Below the pieces are notes generated by a model. It was not told the origin of the DNA, made no database searches, and saw only the letters and a program-made list of their open reading frames with translations. A stretch of 64,000 nt of DNA, taken from the NCBI GenBank assembly GCA_020137815.1, contig CM035359.1:372001-436000 (forward strand), in the 5' to 3' direction. The DNA comes from Hormiphora californensis. Its lineage: Eukaryota > Animalia > Ctenophora. How positions within the stretch are numbered: the stretch's first letter is position 1; every line of letters begins with the position of its first letter. The position numbers and the translations under genes were made by a program. Of this stretch, positions 40,101 through 51,108 are shown piece by piece.

Positions 40101-42835
40101 AGGAGTAAAGTGTGGTAGAAAGTTGGAATTTAAGCAGTTTATGTCACATAAATAGTCATTAAAAACCAAGATTACCCTGATTCTGGATCTTTTTTGGGGT
40201 ATCCCAGATACTCGCCAAAATAACATCTCAAATATCTTAAACTAGAATATAGCAACCAAGATAGGTTGAGGAAAAATTGAGAAATTCGAACATTTAATTA
40301 AATATTACTTACTAACCTTTGATTATATGTTTGCTGTGGTTGATCCTCCTGAATCCCCTAGTTCATTGGTTACTCCCAGCAGTCAGTTTTATTCCCCGTT
40401 TGCCAGAGATTAGATTTTTTCCAGTGATATGACGGTAGAATGCAGGAAATTTGTTGATTAGCGGTTATTGGGAATTGAAAGGATTTTATCAAAAGTGTTT
40501 TTTGTCTCTACAAGTCGGACTATACAGTATTAAAATCCTGTTTGTGTGACTAAAAGGGCCCTGATCCTTTAGAAACACATTGTCAGGTATAAAACTTTAC
40601 AAGCCAACATAGAATTACAACAGTACAACACAAAGACATAACACAATACAAAACAGCGTTCAGCAGCTAATTGACCAGAACTTCTACTAGACAGTAGACT
40701 AGGATTAGTTCTATAATAGTCTAGTAGAAGTCCGAACTTCTGCAATGATAACGGAGGGTGACTAACCTGAGCAATTCCCAGTAACCCATTCCGTGGTAAT
40801 CTCGGAGCACGTTACTATGGCAACAGATCTTTTCCGTGTCAAGCACTTGACTGTCATCATGGTCCCTCTTTCCGCTCCCCTCACCAGCTCTCCTTTGGAG
40901 TTCTCCTTCTCAGGGCAGTCTGAAAGATGGTGTTTAGGGTGAGTTCAAACTCAATTATAACAATTATAATTTGACATGATCCATCATAGCGTACAGCTGT
41001 CAGCTCGAGAAAGGCCCAGCACAGACAGGCGCAGAGTGCGTTTATTTGACGCTCAATAGCATACAGCTACAGATTGATAGTTTCTAATTTCTATCTGGCG
41101 GCGCCTACCCGATCTCAGCGCACTGTCAAAATGGAGACTGGCACCGGCAGACAGATTAACAATGTTTAGTACTTACACACAGGTCTGTAGAGGATGGAAC
41201 CTTTGTCATTTTCTTTGTTGAAATTAATGTATGTCACTGCAACACCGGCCCAATTCGTGGCACAATTTCCATTCCCTGCATCTTCGAACCTCAGTTCCAG
41301 CAACTCCATTTCATTACACCATATGATGAACGCTTTCTCCGTTTTTATTAGTTTCCAGGTGTCTAAACCGTTCGTTGTTGTTGGCGGTTGTTTGTCGAAC
41401 TTAACCCAGTCCGGTTCACAGTACCTTATTTTGTACTGGTAAGAGGATGATGAATAGCTGAACCCGTAACTGTAACCGATGTTAGTGTTGATAACGACTG
41501 CTTTTTTGGCCGTCGCTTGCACTTCCAAACCTCGTGTGTCAAAATCGTAATCAAATATTTGAACACCCTTCTCCACTGGTGTCCAACCTAAGAAAATTTT
41601 AGTTGAGAAGAAGATGAATAAATTGTATTATTGTCATAGAGCCTTTGTCATTTGTTTAATAGCTGCTATCAAACTGCACTGAGTACTCACCTTGATACCC
41701 GTTGACAGTTAGCTCTCTTATAACCATGGTTGGAACATTATCCTTATTGTCGCCAATCTCTGCAATAGTGTCATCATAGAGCTTGAGTTTGGTTGCTATG
41801 ATGTCGCTAGGACATGAGATGGTATACGAATGAGACGGATCGTATTCGCTCACAGTTCCACAAGTGTACCATTGCTCTTGACTGGTGAAGATCTGAACTT
41901 GAGTCCCCAAGATACGGTAACCCCATGTGGCATAGTTAGAATTCCTGAAATTATTTCCAATGTTATTTGATATCGATTCTGTCTGATCAATTTCGCTTGC
42001 TGATACTTCAGCCCTGCTATGGACGTTATATTATTAAAACAATTTAAATATTACCTTCCAAGTATAGTGACAGTATCAATGGCTGATGGGTACTCCAAAT
42101 CAAACTGAATCCACTCCTCTGTCTCAGATTCTGTTGAATGGTATATGGTAGATTCATCTCCGTCTATCGCTTTTGAGGCGTCTCGTCCACCGCTGATAGT
42201 CCTCTGGGTGGGGTTGATAAGAACCAACTGATATGCTCCTATTCCTGCAGTTACCAAGGCAACAAGTAGAAGCAGATTCATTGCTACTGTTTGATTTTGG
42301 GTGTTTTGGTTAAATTGAACTATTTGAAAAACTGACACAGCCAGGTTTACCTGATGTGTCGGTTTGGCGACAGTTCTTACTTATAAGTAAGAACTGTCGC
42401 CAAACCGACACAACAGGTAAATACAGCTCGTCCCCCGGCTCGTCCCCCGGCCTCATAATTTATGGGCCACCTTGTATGTATGGGCTACAAAGTACAACAG
42501 CAACAAAGATTTTTCAAAATTGACCAATCATCTTACTATATAATGCAAAAACACCCGAAACTTGATCCCTCCCATGCATGTTTGGTGGTCCCTAAATCGT
42601 CGTCATCAAGATCAGATCACGTAACAAGTAGCATGCTAGGAGCACCCAACATGCATGATCAGATCACCCTACTGAGGATCAGATCACCCCACCCATGATC
42701 AGATCACCCCAGTGACTATCAGATCATCCCAGTGAGTATCAGATCCCACATTTCACCCAGTAGTCCACTGTGCGTGATGAGATCCCCCATATAGAGTGGT
42801 AAAATAGACAAAGACAGAGAAATTGAGATAAAAAT

Positions 42836-42884
<49 letters not shown>

Positions 42885-43231
42885 ATAGAGAGGGGGGACA
42901 GGGAGGTAGGACTAAGAGGAAACTGAGAAGTGAGAGACATGAAAACCGATCAGTTTATGCCATCCGTAGGATGGCCTGGGTCCACTAGTAATTGATAATG
43001 CACGGTAAAATATTTACGCGGCTACGCTGCTGAAGTAATTTATACTCGCATGATCATATTACTTAGGGAATACCTCGTGTGGCTCAAGGAATGCCTTACT
43101 TCGGTAGATCAAGGAATACCTTACTTTACAAAAAACTGATCGTTGGTAGGGGAAATTTCAAAGGCAGAGGGAAAATAAAACATCGTGTTGTGCTCTTACG
43201 ATTCAGCGAACTGGGAGCGCTGAGGGAAGGT

Positions 43232-43327
<96 letters not shown>

Positions 43328-45831
43328 GACGGGAATAGATTGTGGGAGAGCCCTTTTATAAAAGCGTTTAGTAAAGAGCACTGGGGGTGTGGGCGAGAGA
43401 GCTGAGAGAGAGAGAGAGAGAGAGAGAGGGGAGAGAGAACATAGATTAGGCGAGAGACCTGGACGGGAATAGCACTTTTATAAAATCTTCTAGTGAAGGG
43501 GGAGAGCTGGAAAACAAAGTCTGCCCTCGCGATGATGCTTGCTCGCGATATTTCCTGTCTCGAGGAAGGTGTACTGTTGTCTAGCACAAAATAGTGGGAG
43601 AGCACTAGGGTGTGGTGCTTTTCAAACTTTTCAACACTACTTTAAACAAATTAATTTGAGATATGTTCGCAGGATGGTAAGACCGCCCGTAGTGTGGTGT
43701 GGTGCTTTTTGTTGGGGTGTGGCGCTTCTCTATCTCAACTATAAACAAATCTAGTACGATGTTTGTTATTAGAAATATATTTATATCAACAGGATCAGGT
43801 AGCCAGAAAAACTGACTGTGAGTAGTCGAATCACACGAGAGAGCTCAATCGATCCAGGACCGAGAGCAGAAAACAAAAGAAAACAATTGTTTTTTTTACC
43901 AAAAAAAACACTTGTTTTCTTTTGTGCTTATCTAACACAAATGGACCCAATGCCCACCAGGTGAACTCCCGACTACCTGACTCACCGGAAAACCGTTTAT
44001 GTTAAGCAACATAGCCTATCTACTCCACCGTTCGAGATAGGGCCTATCTCAAACGGTGGAGTAGATATAATGAGTTTTGAAGTCGACTTCAAAAAATTCA
44101 GCCGTGCACCCCCCCCCCCCCCATATATGTAAATTCACAGAACCAATTAAACTAATACATGTATCATCCAGGCGGCCGGAGACATTAAAAATGCGAATTG
44201 AAGAGGAAGACATGGAAAAAGAGGAGGAGAGACAGCAGAAAAAGGAACAAAAGATTGACACTGAAACAACTGGTGTAACAATGCACAAGGGATGGAAATG
44301 GGAAACTTCTTGGAAGAATTTCAAGGACACGAACCCTGTTGTTCAAAGTAAGGGCCTTTCTTAACGAGACAAAAACTACAATTGCACCCTGCAATTGCAA
44401 GGTGCAATTGCAGGGTGCAATTGCAGGGTGCAGCTCGTTATCAGGAACCAATGTCCTATTATAAAGTATGTTTACATGTGTATTATTTCATGATTGTATT
44501 TACGGTTCAAATTCTTCACTGCAGAGTTTATGGAGATAAGGGAGAAGCTGGAGGAGAGTGACAACCTGTTTGCACGTGCTGGGTATAAAATGGTGGATTT
44601 TGTCGCCAACTCTGTCAACAAGATGACAACTCCGACAGAGGTTTCAAAAACCATCGAGGAGGTAATTAAATAATTAATTAGAGTGGAATTAATTAAGGGT
44701 GGATTACATATATCCCATTTATCCACGCAGCTTTATGCGAACCTTCCCAAATCCACTGATTTCTAGTGTAAACTTGTTTCAAAATCTACTGAAAATCCCA
44801 ATTTTCATTTCTCCTAAAGATTCAAAAGATGGATCCAACGTTTGATATCAACCAATTTTCTGCGACACTCCGATTTGATATTCTGCCCTCTGTGCTGGAA
44901 GCCTATCTTCAGGGAAATGCAGAGATCTTGGAAAACTGGTCACAAGAGAGAGTGAGTTTTCCATATATTGCATATTGTTTGTACTAATCAGTATTCGCTG
45001 CTTTCAACTGACACGAACAATCCAAACTCTTCTTTGGAGAGAAAGAACCAGTTTGTCAAATCCAGTCTGTACATAGTATATTGTACCTGTCTTGAGGACA
45101 TGAGAGTTTTAATTGTTAACTTCATTCTCCTTTATCAGGCTATGGGTCAATTTAAGCACATGTTGGCTTCTAGAACATTTACCGGCACCATTCAACTCAT
45201 TGATATTGGGGAATGTGAGGTATGTTATATTATAGAACTCTCCGTTTGGCACCAAATATCATAATATATTGGTTTCTTGGACCCAGTTTTTAACTCATCT
45301 CTGAGCCAGCTCCCCTAATCGGGCTTTTGCCCCTAATATGAACCCTCGCTACCCCTCATCTCTCTGCCCCCACTTGGTATCTCCCAAGCAACCCCCCTCT
45401 AACTATCATTTTCTTCTTTAGCCCCCTCCCTATCTGGTAACAAACCTCTCTCGGATCGGTTTTAAAATCCCTTCTCTCAGATAATAACCGGTGCCATGCT
45501 GGAACTGGGACCGGTATTCATGTTGAACGTTGCAACGCAGCAGTTGTACACGGAGAAGGTCAAGAAGAGTGTTGAAAATGGGGATGCACAGACGGAAAAT
45601 CAGGTTTATGGGACCTCTTTTGAAAAAGTGGGGGAAGGGGGGGGTCGATTACAACTACACAATAAATGTTTTGTGTATTTAGTCCAAAAACCAATTAAAT
45701 AAATTAGTTTGGATGCCCGGGCCCATGTGGTGTCACGGGGGTAACACCTTTAGGCTACTGCCATAATTAACGGCATATCTCGTTAATTGTTAATTGTTAT
45801 CCTGCAATCTTTCTATCTCTATTTATCTCTC

Positions 45832-45923
<92 letters not shown>

Positions 45924-47635
45924 ACACTATTTCTCTCTCTCTTTCTCTCTCACTGTATCTTTCACTATATCTCTCTTTTTCTCTCTCTCTCCTCTTATTT
46001 ATCATTCCGTCTTTCTTGATTATATCTCACTCTTTCTATCCTAATTTCCTTTGCCTTAATCTCTCTCGATATCCATCATTTATGACAGTAGCCTAAAGGT
46101 GTTACCCCCGTGACACCACATGGGCCCGGGCATCCAAACTAATTTATTTAATTGGTTTTTGGACTAAATTTCTGTTCTTTTTGGTGTAAAATAGAAAAAC
46201 TATTTTTTCTGATTTCTGCATGTTTTCGAATTTGAATAATTCATAAATATGCGAATAATGACTAAATGGTGAGAGATACGATATTTTGTCAGGGGGACGA
46301 CCCCCCATAAATCGACTATTCTGCGCCGGAATATGTCCATGAAAACGTTCTAGGACCAGCCGAAGTGGAAATATTAAGAATATGCATTAAATCATGAATC
46401 GGTACATAATATGCAAATAACGGCTTAACGGTGCCAGATAGAGATTTTTGTCCCGAGTAAGACCCCCCATAAATCGGCTATTTTGCGTCGAAATATGTTT
46501 ATGAAAACGTTCTAGGATCAGCCGAAATGGAAATATTCAGAATATGCATTAAATCATGAATCGGTGCATAAATATGCAAATAACGGCTTAACGGTGCGAG
46601 ATACGACTTTTTGTCCGGGGGACGACCCCCCATAAATCGACTATTTTGCGTCGAAATATGTCCATGAAAACGTTCTAGGACCAGCCGAAGTGAAAATATT
46701 GAAAACATGCATAAAATCGTGAATCGGTGCATAAATATGCAAATAACGGCTTAACGGTGCGAGTTAGAGATTTTTGTCCCGAGTAAGACCCCCCATAAAT
46801 CGACCATTCCGCGTCGAATTAGACCGGTTTTAAGTCTTGTCATATCGCAACCATAGTTAAAATGAATATTTAATGACTAAATAATGAATAATTAATGAAC
46901 TATGGCGATTTCGAAGTTCTCACACAGCTATTACCGAGCGCAATGATGTAAGGAACCACTGTTCCAAACGGCAAGTCTCTACTATTTGTGGTTTAGGAGA
47001 ACACTCAAAGATAAAAAAGCGTCCTCCTCCCCCTCCCCCTCCCCCTCCCCCTCCCCCTCCCCTCCCCTTCCTTACATTTTTGCATTTTGGGACCCCTCTG
47101 GCAAATTTTTACCTTACATCCGATCGTTCCGAAAATTTGTATGCCTCTTCTCCTATATGAGGGCCCTCAGAGTACAAAATTTCAGCTCTCTACTTCATCT
47201 GGAACATGCTTTTTTAAAGCATCAAAAACCCCGAAATCTGCAATGGTATATAGTAGCACTGGCAGGTTTTCACGCGCTTGTGTGTAGAAGTGTTGCGTGT
47301 GCTCTCTCTTTTGTTTTTTTTTGAGTTAGAGGCCTAGAGGGTATTTCTAAGGTGGGGGCTCCGCCCCCACACCCCCGTTTATGGTGGGGGCTGTGCCCCC
47401 ACACCCCCCTTTTGGGCCCGGGGCACTTGCCAGTGCTATGATTCGACCCTACTTCCCTTAGGTCTATGTCCTTTTCCACAAACAATAAAACATTAACATC
47501 CCCCAATTTCAGGAGGTAATTAAAAGGGTGGTGTATACGATAGCTGTGTGTCGAGATCAGTCAATGTTCGATCCCACCTCCGCTTGGACAATACTCGAGA
47601 TAGTGGAGCATGTTACTAACGAGTCATTTTACTGA
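37109..47635 (+). CDS. TIMM44: Mitochondrial import inner membrane translocase subunit TIM44
   Basis: Exons 37109-37775, 37888-37979, 38069-38206, [unresolved small exon, possibly ~40021-40094], 44172-44347 (RPETLKMR...GVTMHKGWKWETSWKNFKDTNPVV), 44525-44661 (KLEESDNLFARA...TEVSKTIEE), 44820-44951 (DPTFDINQF...ILPSVLEAYLQGNAEILENWS), 45139-45219, 45481-45603 (MLELGPVFML), 47513-47635 (AVCRDQSMFDPTSAWTILEI). Motifs match the TIM44 C-terminal domain; basic N-terminal presequence. Confidence 0.9.
38514..39695. mobile_element. 1.18-kb non-autonomous hAT-type element in a TIM44 intron
   Basis: TIR CAGGGCTGGCTCTAG / CTGGAGCCAGCCCTG (1 mismatch); exact 8-bp TSD ATTAATAA (38506-38513, 39696-39703); no transposase ORF. 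Confidence 0.88.
40323..42281 (-). CDS. Nested antisense gene: secreted protein with F5/8-type C / F-type lectin-like domain, an uncharacterised beta-rich domain and a sushi-like 4-Cys module
   Basis: Phase-consistent exons 42281-42055 (MNLLLLVALVTAGIGA signal; ASKAIDGDESTIYHS...WIQFDL), 41944-41691, 41587-41177 (WTPVEKGVQI...YKIRYC...WKLIKT...WCNEME...CATNW...INF...SILYRP), 40919-40767 (CPEKE...VKC...VTC...W.TGNC), and tentative last exon 40357-40323 (GDSGGSTTANI*). Confidence 0.8.
42346..42421. repeat. 76-bp spacer-less palindrome (one mismatched pair) centred on CTTATAAG
   Basis: TTTACCTGATGTGTCGGTTTGGCGACAGTTCTTACTTA|TAAGTAAGAACTGTCGCCAAACCGACACAACAGGTAAA. Confidence 0.9.
43620..43695 (+). 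other. Genomic copy of a ctenophore spliced-leader-like sequence fused to a short non-SL tag, between 14-bp direct repeats
   Basis: TTTCAAACTTTTCAACACTACTTTAAACAAATTAATTTGAG (43620-43660) matches my recollection of the Pleurobrachia SL. It is followed by ATATGTTC..., not a GT donor. Flanks GGTGTGGTGCTTTT at 43609-43622 and 43696-43709. Confidence 0.7.
45677..46169. mobile_element. Foldback element: ~90-bp inverted arms around a (CT)n core
   Basis: ATTTAGTCCAAAAACCAATTAAATAAATTAGTTTGGATGCCCGGGCCCATGTGGTGTCACGGGGGTAACACCTTTAGGCTACTG is mirrored exactly at 46086-46169. Confidence 0.85.
46250..46820. repeat. 163-bp tandem repeat (~3.5 copies) in the last TIM44 intron
   Basis: AAATAACGGCTTAACGGTGC recurs at 46415, 46578 and 46741. 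Confidence 0.88.
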
Positions 47636-47892
47636 GAGAAATGGGAGAGTTTTTTGTCTGTCTGTCTGTTTTTTATATGAATTGCCTTGCTCCGTTTATG
47701 AACAAGTTGAGTTTTAAGGTCCCGGATTCCCGGAAAATATTCTATCGTGTTCTGGAAGAGCGGGACTGAGCCGACTGAGGTCAGGTGGTGTGATAAGCGG
47801 AACGCGCGACGACTGAGAAGAGATGAAAGTTCATGGATGCGCGCTAATGTCAGAAGAGGGCGAGGATTTCTGCCAAATTCTGGGACTCCAAA

Positions 47893-48873
47893 ATGGAGTT
47901 GTCTGTTGTCGGGATGTCTTCTTTAGCTTTTCAAGACTTTATCTCACATACTATTATTGACCCGATTGAAGGTAACGGTGGAATGTCCAAAGTTGAAGAG
48001 CAGGCCAAGGAAGCTCGTATTGAGATCACCAAGGAAAACAGCGACCATAGCATGGCGGAACTGTCCAAATTAAAGAAAAATATCAGTTGTCCAAAGTTGC
48101 TAAGGTGTCTGGAACTCAATCAAGAACCAGGAGCATCTGTATGGTTGTCCGCTACCCCTTACTCCCACCTGAACTTTGAGCTTCACCAATTGGAGTTTGT
48201 GGATGCAGTTTGCCTCCGGTACGGCTTCGAAGTGAAGGACCTGAAATCTACATGTGTCTGTGGCAAACAGAACAGTGGAGATCACACTCTGACGTGCTGT
48301 ACAGGAGGATATTCAATCCTCCGCCATGATGGAATACGAGATCTGGTTGCGGAAATGTGTGTCTATGGTGGATTGAAAGCAGTGGAGAAAGAGAAACTAC
48401 TACAACCATGTAACAACCATCAACTCCATTTTGCTGCCAACACACAACCGGATGCCAGAATGGACGTGGTATGTACTGGACTCTGGAGGGATATGCAGTT
48501 GAGTTATCTTGATGTAAGGGTCTTCCATCCAAACGCCCCATCTTACGTAACTCAGTCGATGGGCAGCCTCTACAGATCGAAAGAAGCAGGGAAGAAGCAA
48601 GCGTACGGGCAAAGGGTCAGAGAGGTAGAGGGAGGAACATTCACCCCTCTCGTCATGAGCACCTTTGGCGGCATGGGAGATGAGTTTGAGAAATTCCTCA
48701 AGAAGTTATCGAAGAGGGTTTCAGACAAGACCAAGGAACCCTATGCTGAAGTTATCAGCCACTTCAGAACAAGGCTGAGATTCGGACTTTTGAGGGCCTG
48801 TCTGATCGCCCTCAGAGGGAACAGGAGGAAGATCGTGCCCATCAATATGCACGAAGTTGAACTTTTAACGTAA
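47893..48873 (+). mobile_element. CRE-clade-like non-LTR retrotransposon C-terminal ORF (CCHC zinc knuckle + restriction-like endonuclease) without RT; (TTTA)n tail to ~48926
   Basis: 326-aa open frame with GASVWL, CVCGKQNSGDHTLTC, RHD, E, ARMD, LDVRV, EAGKKQAY and FTPLVMSTFGGMG, the motif order of RLE-class elements; TATTTATTTATTTAT follows the stop. Confidence 0.85.
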
Positions 48874-49663
48874 AATGATGAGATTTTAGTTACTATTTAT
48901 TCATTTATTTATTTATTTATGTTTATAAGTCGCATGGGACGTGCGTGGTGTACCAGGAGTGGTGGATTGTGAAGCCACTCTTGTTGTGTCCCTCTCCCAC
49001 CTTCTCCGTGTGCCAACACAACACTATACTGGTACACCCGCACAGTCGTGTTCCATTTTTTCATCTCAGCTTTATCTCACATTCTGTGTACTGGATAAAT
49101 TATGCTAAGGGTCCAGTTAGAGATTTTGCGACTGACGTTAGTTACAATGGGTGCGCACTGCGCACAGACTGTCCATGCGCGGCGTGATCATGTCCATAAG
49201 TGGACTGAAAACTGAAACTTATTCATATAAAAGCGAAAACCACTGTAAAAAAAAAAAAGTCGAATTTTTAATGAGTGTCGCGTGGCGCGCACCAAATCTA
49301 GTGCGCGTCCACGAAATCTCGCGAAATCGATCAAGCCATGGCCACTATACATTTGACATGTCGCGTTGGATGAGGAGATCCCATTGTTCTCCTCATTTCC
49401 CGCGCAGTTGTTCCTTTGTTCTCTTCAGACATGATCATTGATCAGATGTGTTGAGTTGTCCTCTCCTTGCTCTTTGTCCCTGTGCGACTGTGCGAGCCCA
49501 CTATATCTCTGAAAAGACGTAGCAGGTATGAAAATCGTTCTGATTCTGTCTGGCATCGCCGATCCGATCTGAGCATACTGTCAAAATGGGTTCTGGCGCC
49601 GCCAGAAAGTTCTGATTTGGAACTTGAACCCAATTTTTCAACACAAACATTTTTCAACACAAA

Positions 49664-50433
49664 CATGGCGAGTGACGACAGTCTCTTGCTAAAAACAGGG
49701 CAACTCGAATGTTGCTTTTTCGGTTTTGGATAGGATAATTGTCACTGCTTCGGCCGTCGACCTCATGAATACCTGTTGGTAACAATCTTAACCCTTTCAG
49801 GCAGGAGTACCTGTGGCTATCGAGGTGGCTCTAAAGACGGTTATTACGGTTATTACGTTATGCCGTGAATTCCACAGTCTAGTGTCAACGGTGTGTTCGG
49901 TGGTCCACCCCTCTGCTGTATCCCAATGAACAACCATTATTACCAGGTAACAAGAAAGAACATGTTTATTTGTCTCATGTTCCTGACTAATTATTCTTAT
50001 TTATTGCTGACACTACATGATGCATGCATATGCATAGGGCCTAGCCCTTTGTTCAATCTCACCCTGTGATGTGAGCCATAGAAAGTATGAAGAGGGTGGA
50101 GAGAGTGGAGAGAGAAAAATGGAGGGTGGAGTCTGGAGAGAGAATGGAGAGAGAAAAATGGAGAGCTGAGAGGGTGGAGAGAGAATGGGGTCAGAAAAAT
50201 GGAGAGCTGAGAGGGTGGAGAGAGAATGGGGTGAGAAAAATGGAGAGCTGAGATGGTGGAGAGAGAATGGAGGATGGATTTATTTTGTAAATTTGTAACC
50301 CTCCCCTCGATTTCTTGATTCTCGGGTGAATTCTAACCCTCGCTCCTTCCCCAGGCATTTCACTGATATCGGTATGGCTAACGTTGGATTCAGTTTCAAA
50401 CCCCTCTATCGATTACAGTATTCTTCATATTTG
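49664..50433 (+). other. Exon-like segments without a continuous ORF (possible lncRNA or decayed gene)
   Basis: Good splice sites: CTTAACCCTTTCAG|49801-49946|GTAACA and CTAAC...TTCCCCAG|50355-50433|GTAAGA. All frames of 49801-49946 contain a stop. Confidence 0.3.
50085..50270. repeat. Purine-rich ~42-bp degenerate tandem repeat
   Basis: Repeated GAGAAAAATGGAGAGCTGAGAGGGTGGAGAGAGAATGG. Confidence 0.8.
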
Positions 50434-50950
50434 GTAAGAAAACGCTCTCATTTATAACAATTATTGGGGTGTGCACAGACTGCCCAAGCTTGACCATGGC
50501 CATATGTGGGCAAGATTTTGACAAAGTCGCACAGACTGACCAAACTTGGTCTTTTTACGAAGCTTGGAGAGTAAAAACTGAAACTCATTCATTACATAAT
50601 GACCCCATTTGCAACTTTTCACCTGGAAATGATAGATACTTATGTGAGGGCACTTTTTCGACTAATTAAGATACGCTGAATCACGTAAGCAATTTTCCAG
50701 AGGTCGATAAAGTGCCCCAATGGAGTATAATTGGGTCTAATTGGCCTTAATTGTTGAATTAAGGTACTTTCCCGACGTCTGAGGGATTGTAAAGGTGATT
50801 TGAAAGGTGATCGCAATCCTCAGGGACACTTTCTCCTCTTTTTCTAATCAGTAGACCGTGAAAATTACACAGTAGATAGGAGAACGAAACAATTCACAAA
50901 GTGGCTCCATCTTTCTGAACCACCCTGTAGTTATGTTTTGAACGGTATGG

Positions 50951-51108
50951 GTTGCCTTGATTTGGACACAATTTTTTACAGTTTTGGTCATAACTCATCT
51001 ATTTCTTGGCCAAATTGCAGAATGTTGGGGCCAGGATTTTGCAATTTGGCCTAGAAATGGATGAGTTATGACCAAAACTGTAAAAAATTGTGTCCAAATC
51101 AAGGCAAC
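50951..51108. mobile_element. Hairpin MITE-like inverted repeat (~70-bp arms)
   Basis: GTTGCCTTGATTTGGACACAATTTTTTACAGTTTTGGTCATAACTCATC is mirrored by GATGAGTTATGACCAAAACTGTAAAAAATTGTGTCCAAATCAAGGCAAC. Confidence 0.8.

Noticed and set aside
43620-43760. A functional SL RNA gene
   Set aside because: The leader is followed by AT rather than the required GT donor, is bracketed by direct repeats and is not in a tandem array.
47795-47850. Hammerhead ribozyme at the 5' end of the RLE element (CTGAGAAGAGATGAAAG)
   Set aside because: The core deviates from CUGANGA and no stem II can form; an Infernal scan would be needed.
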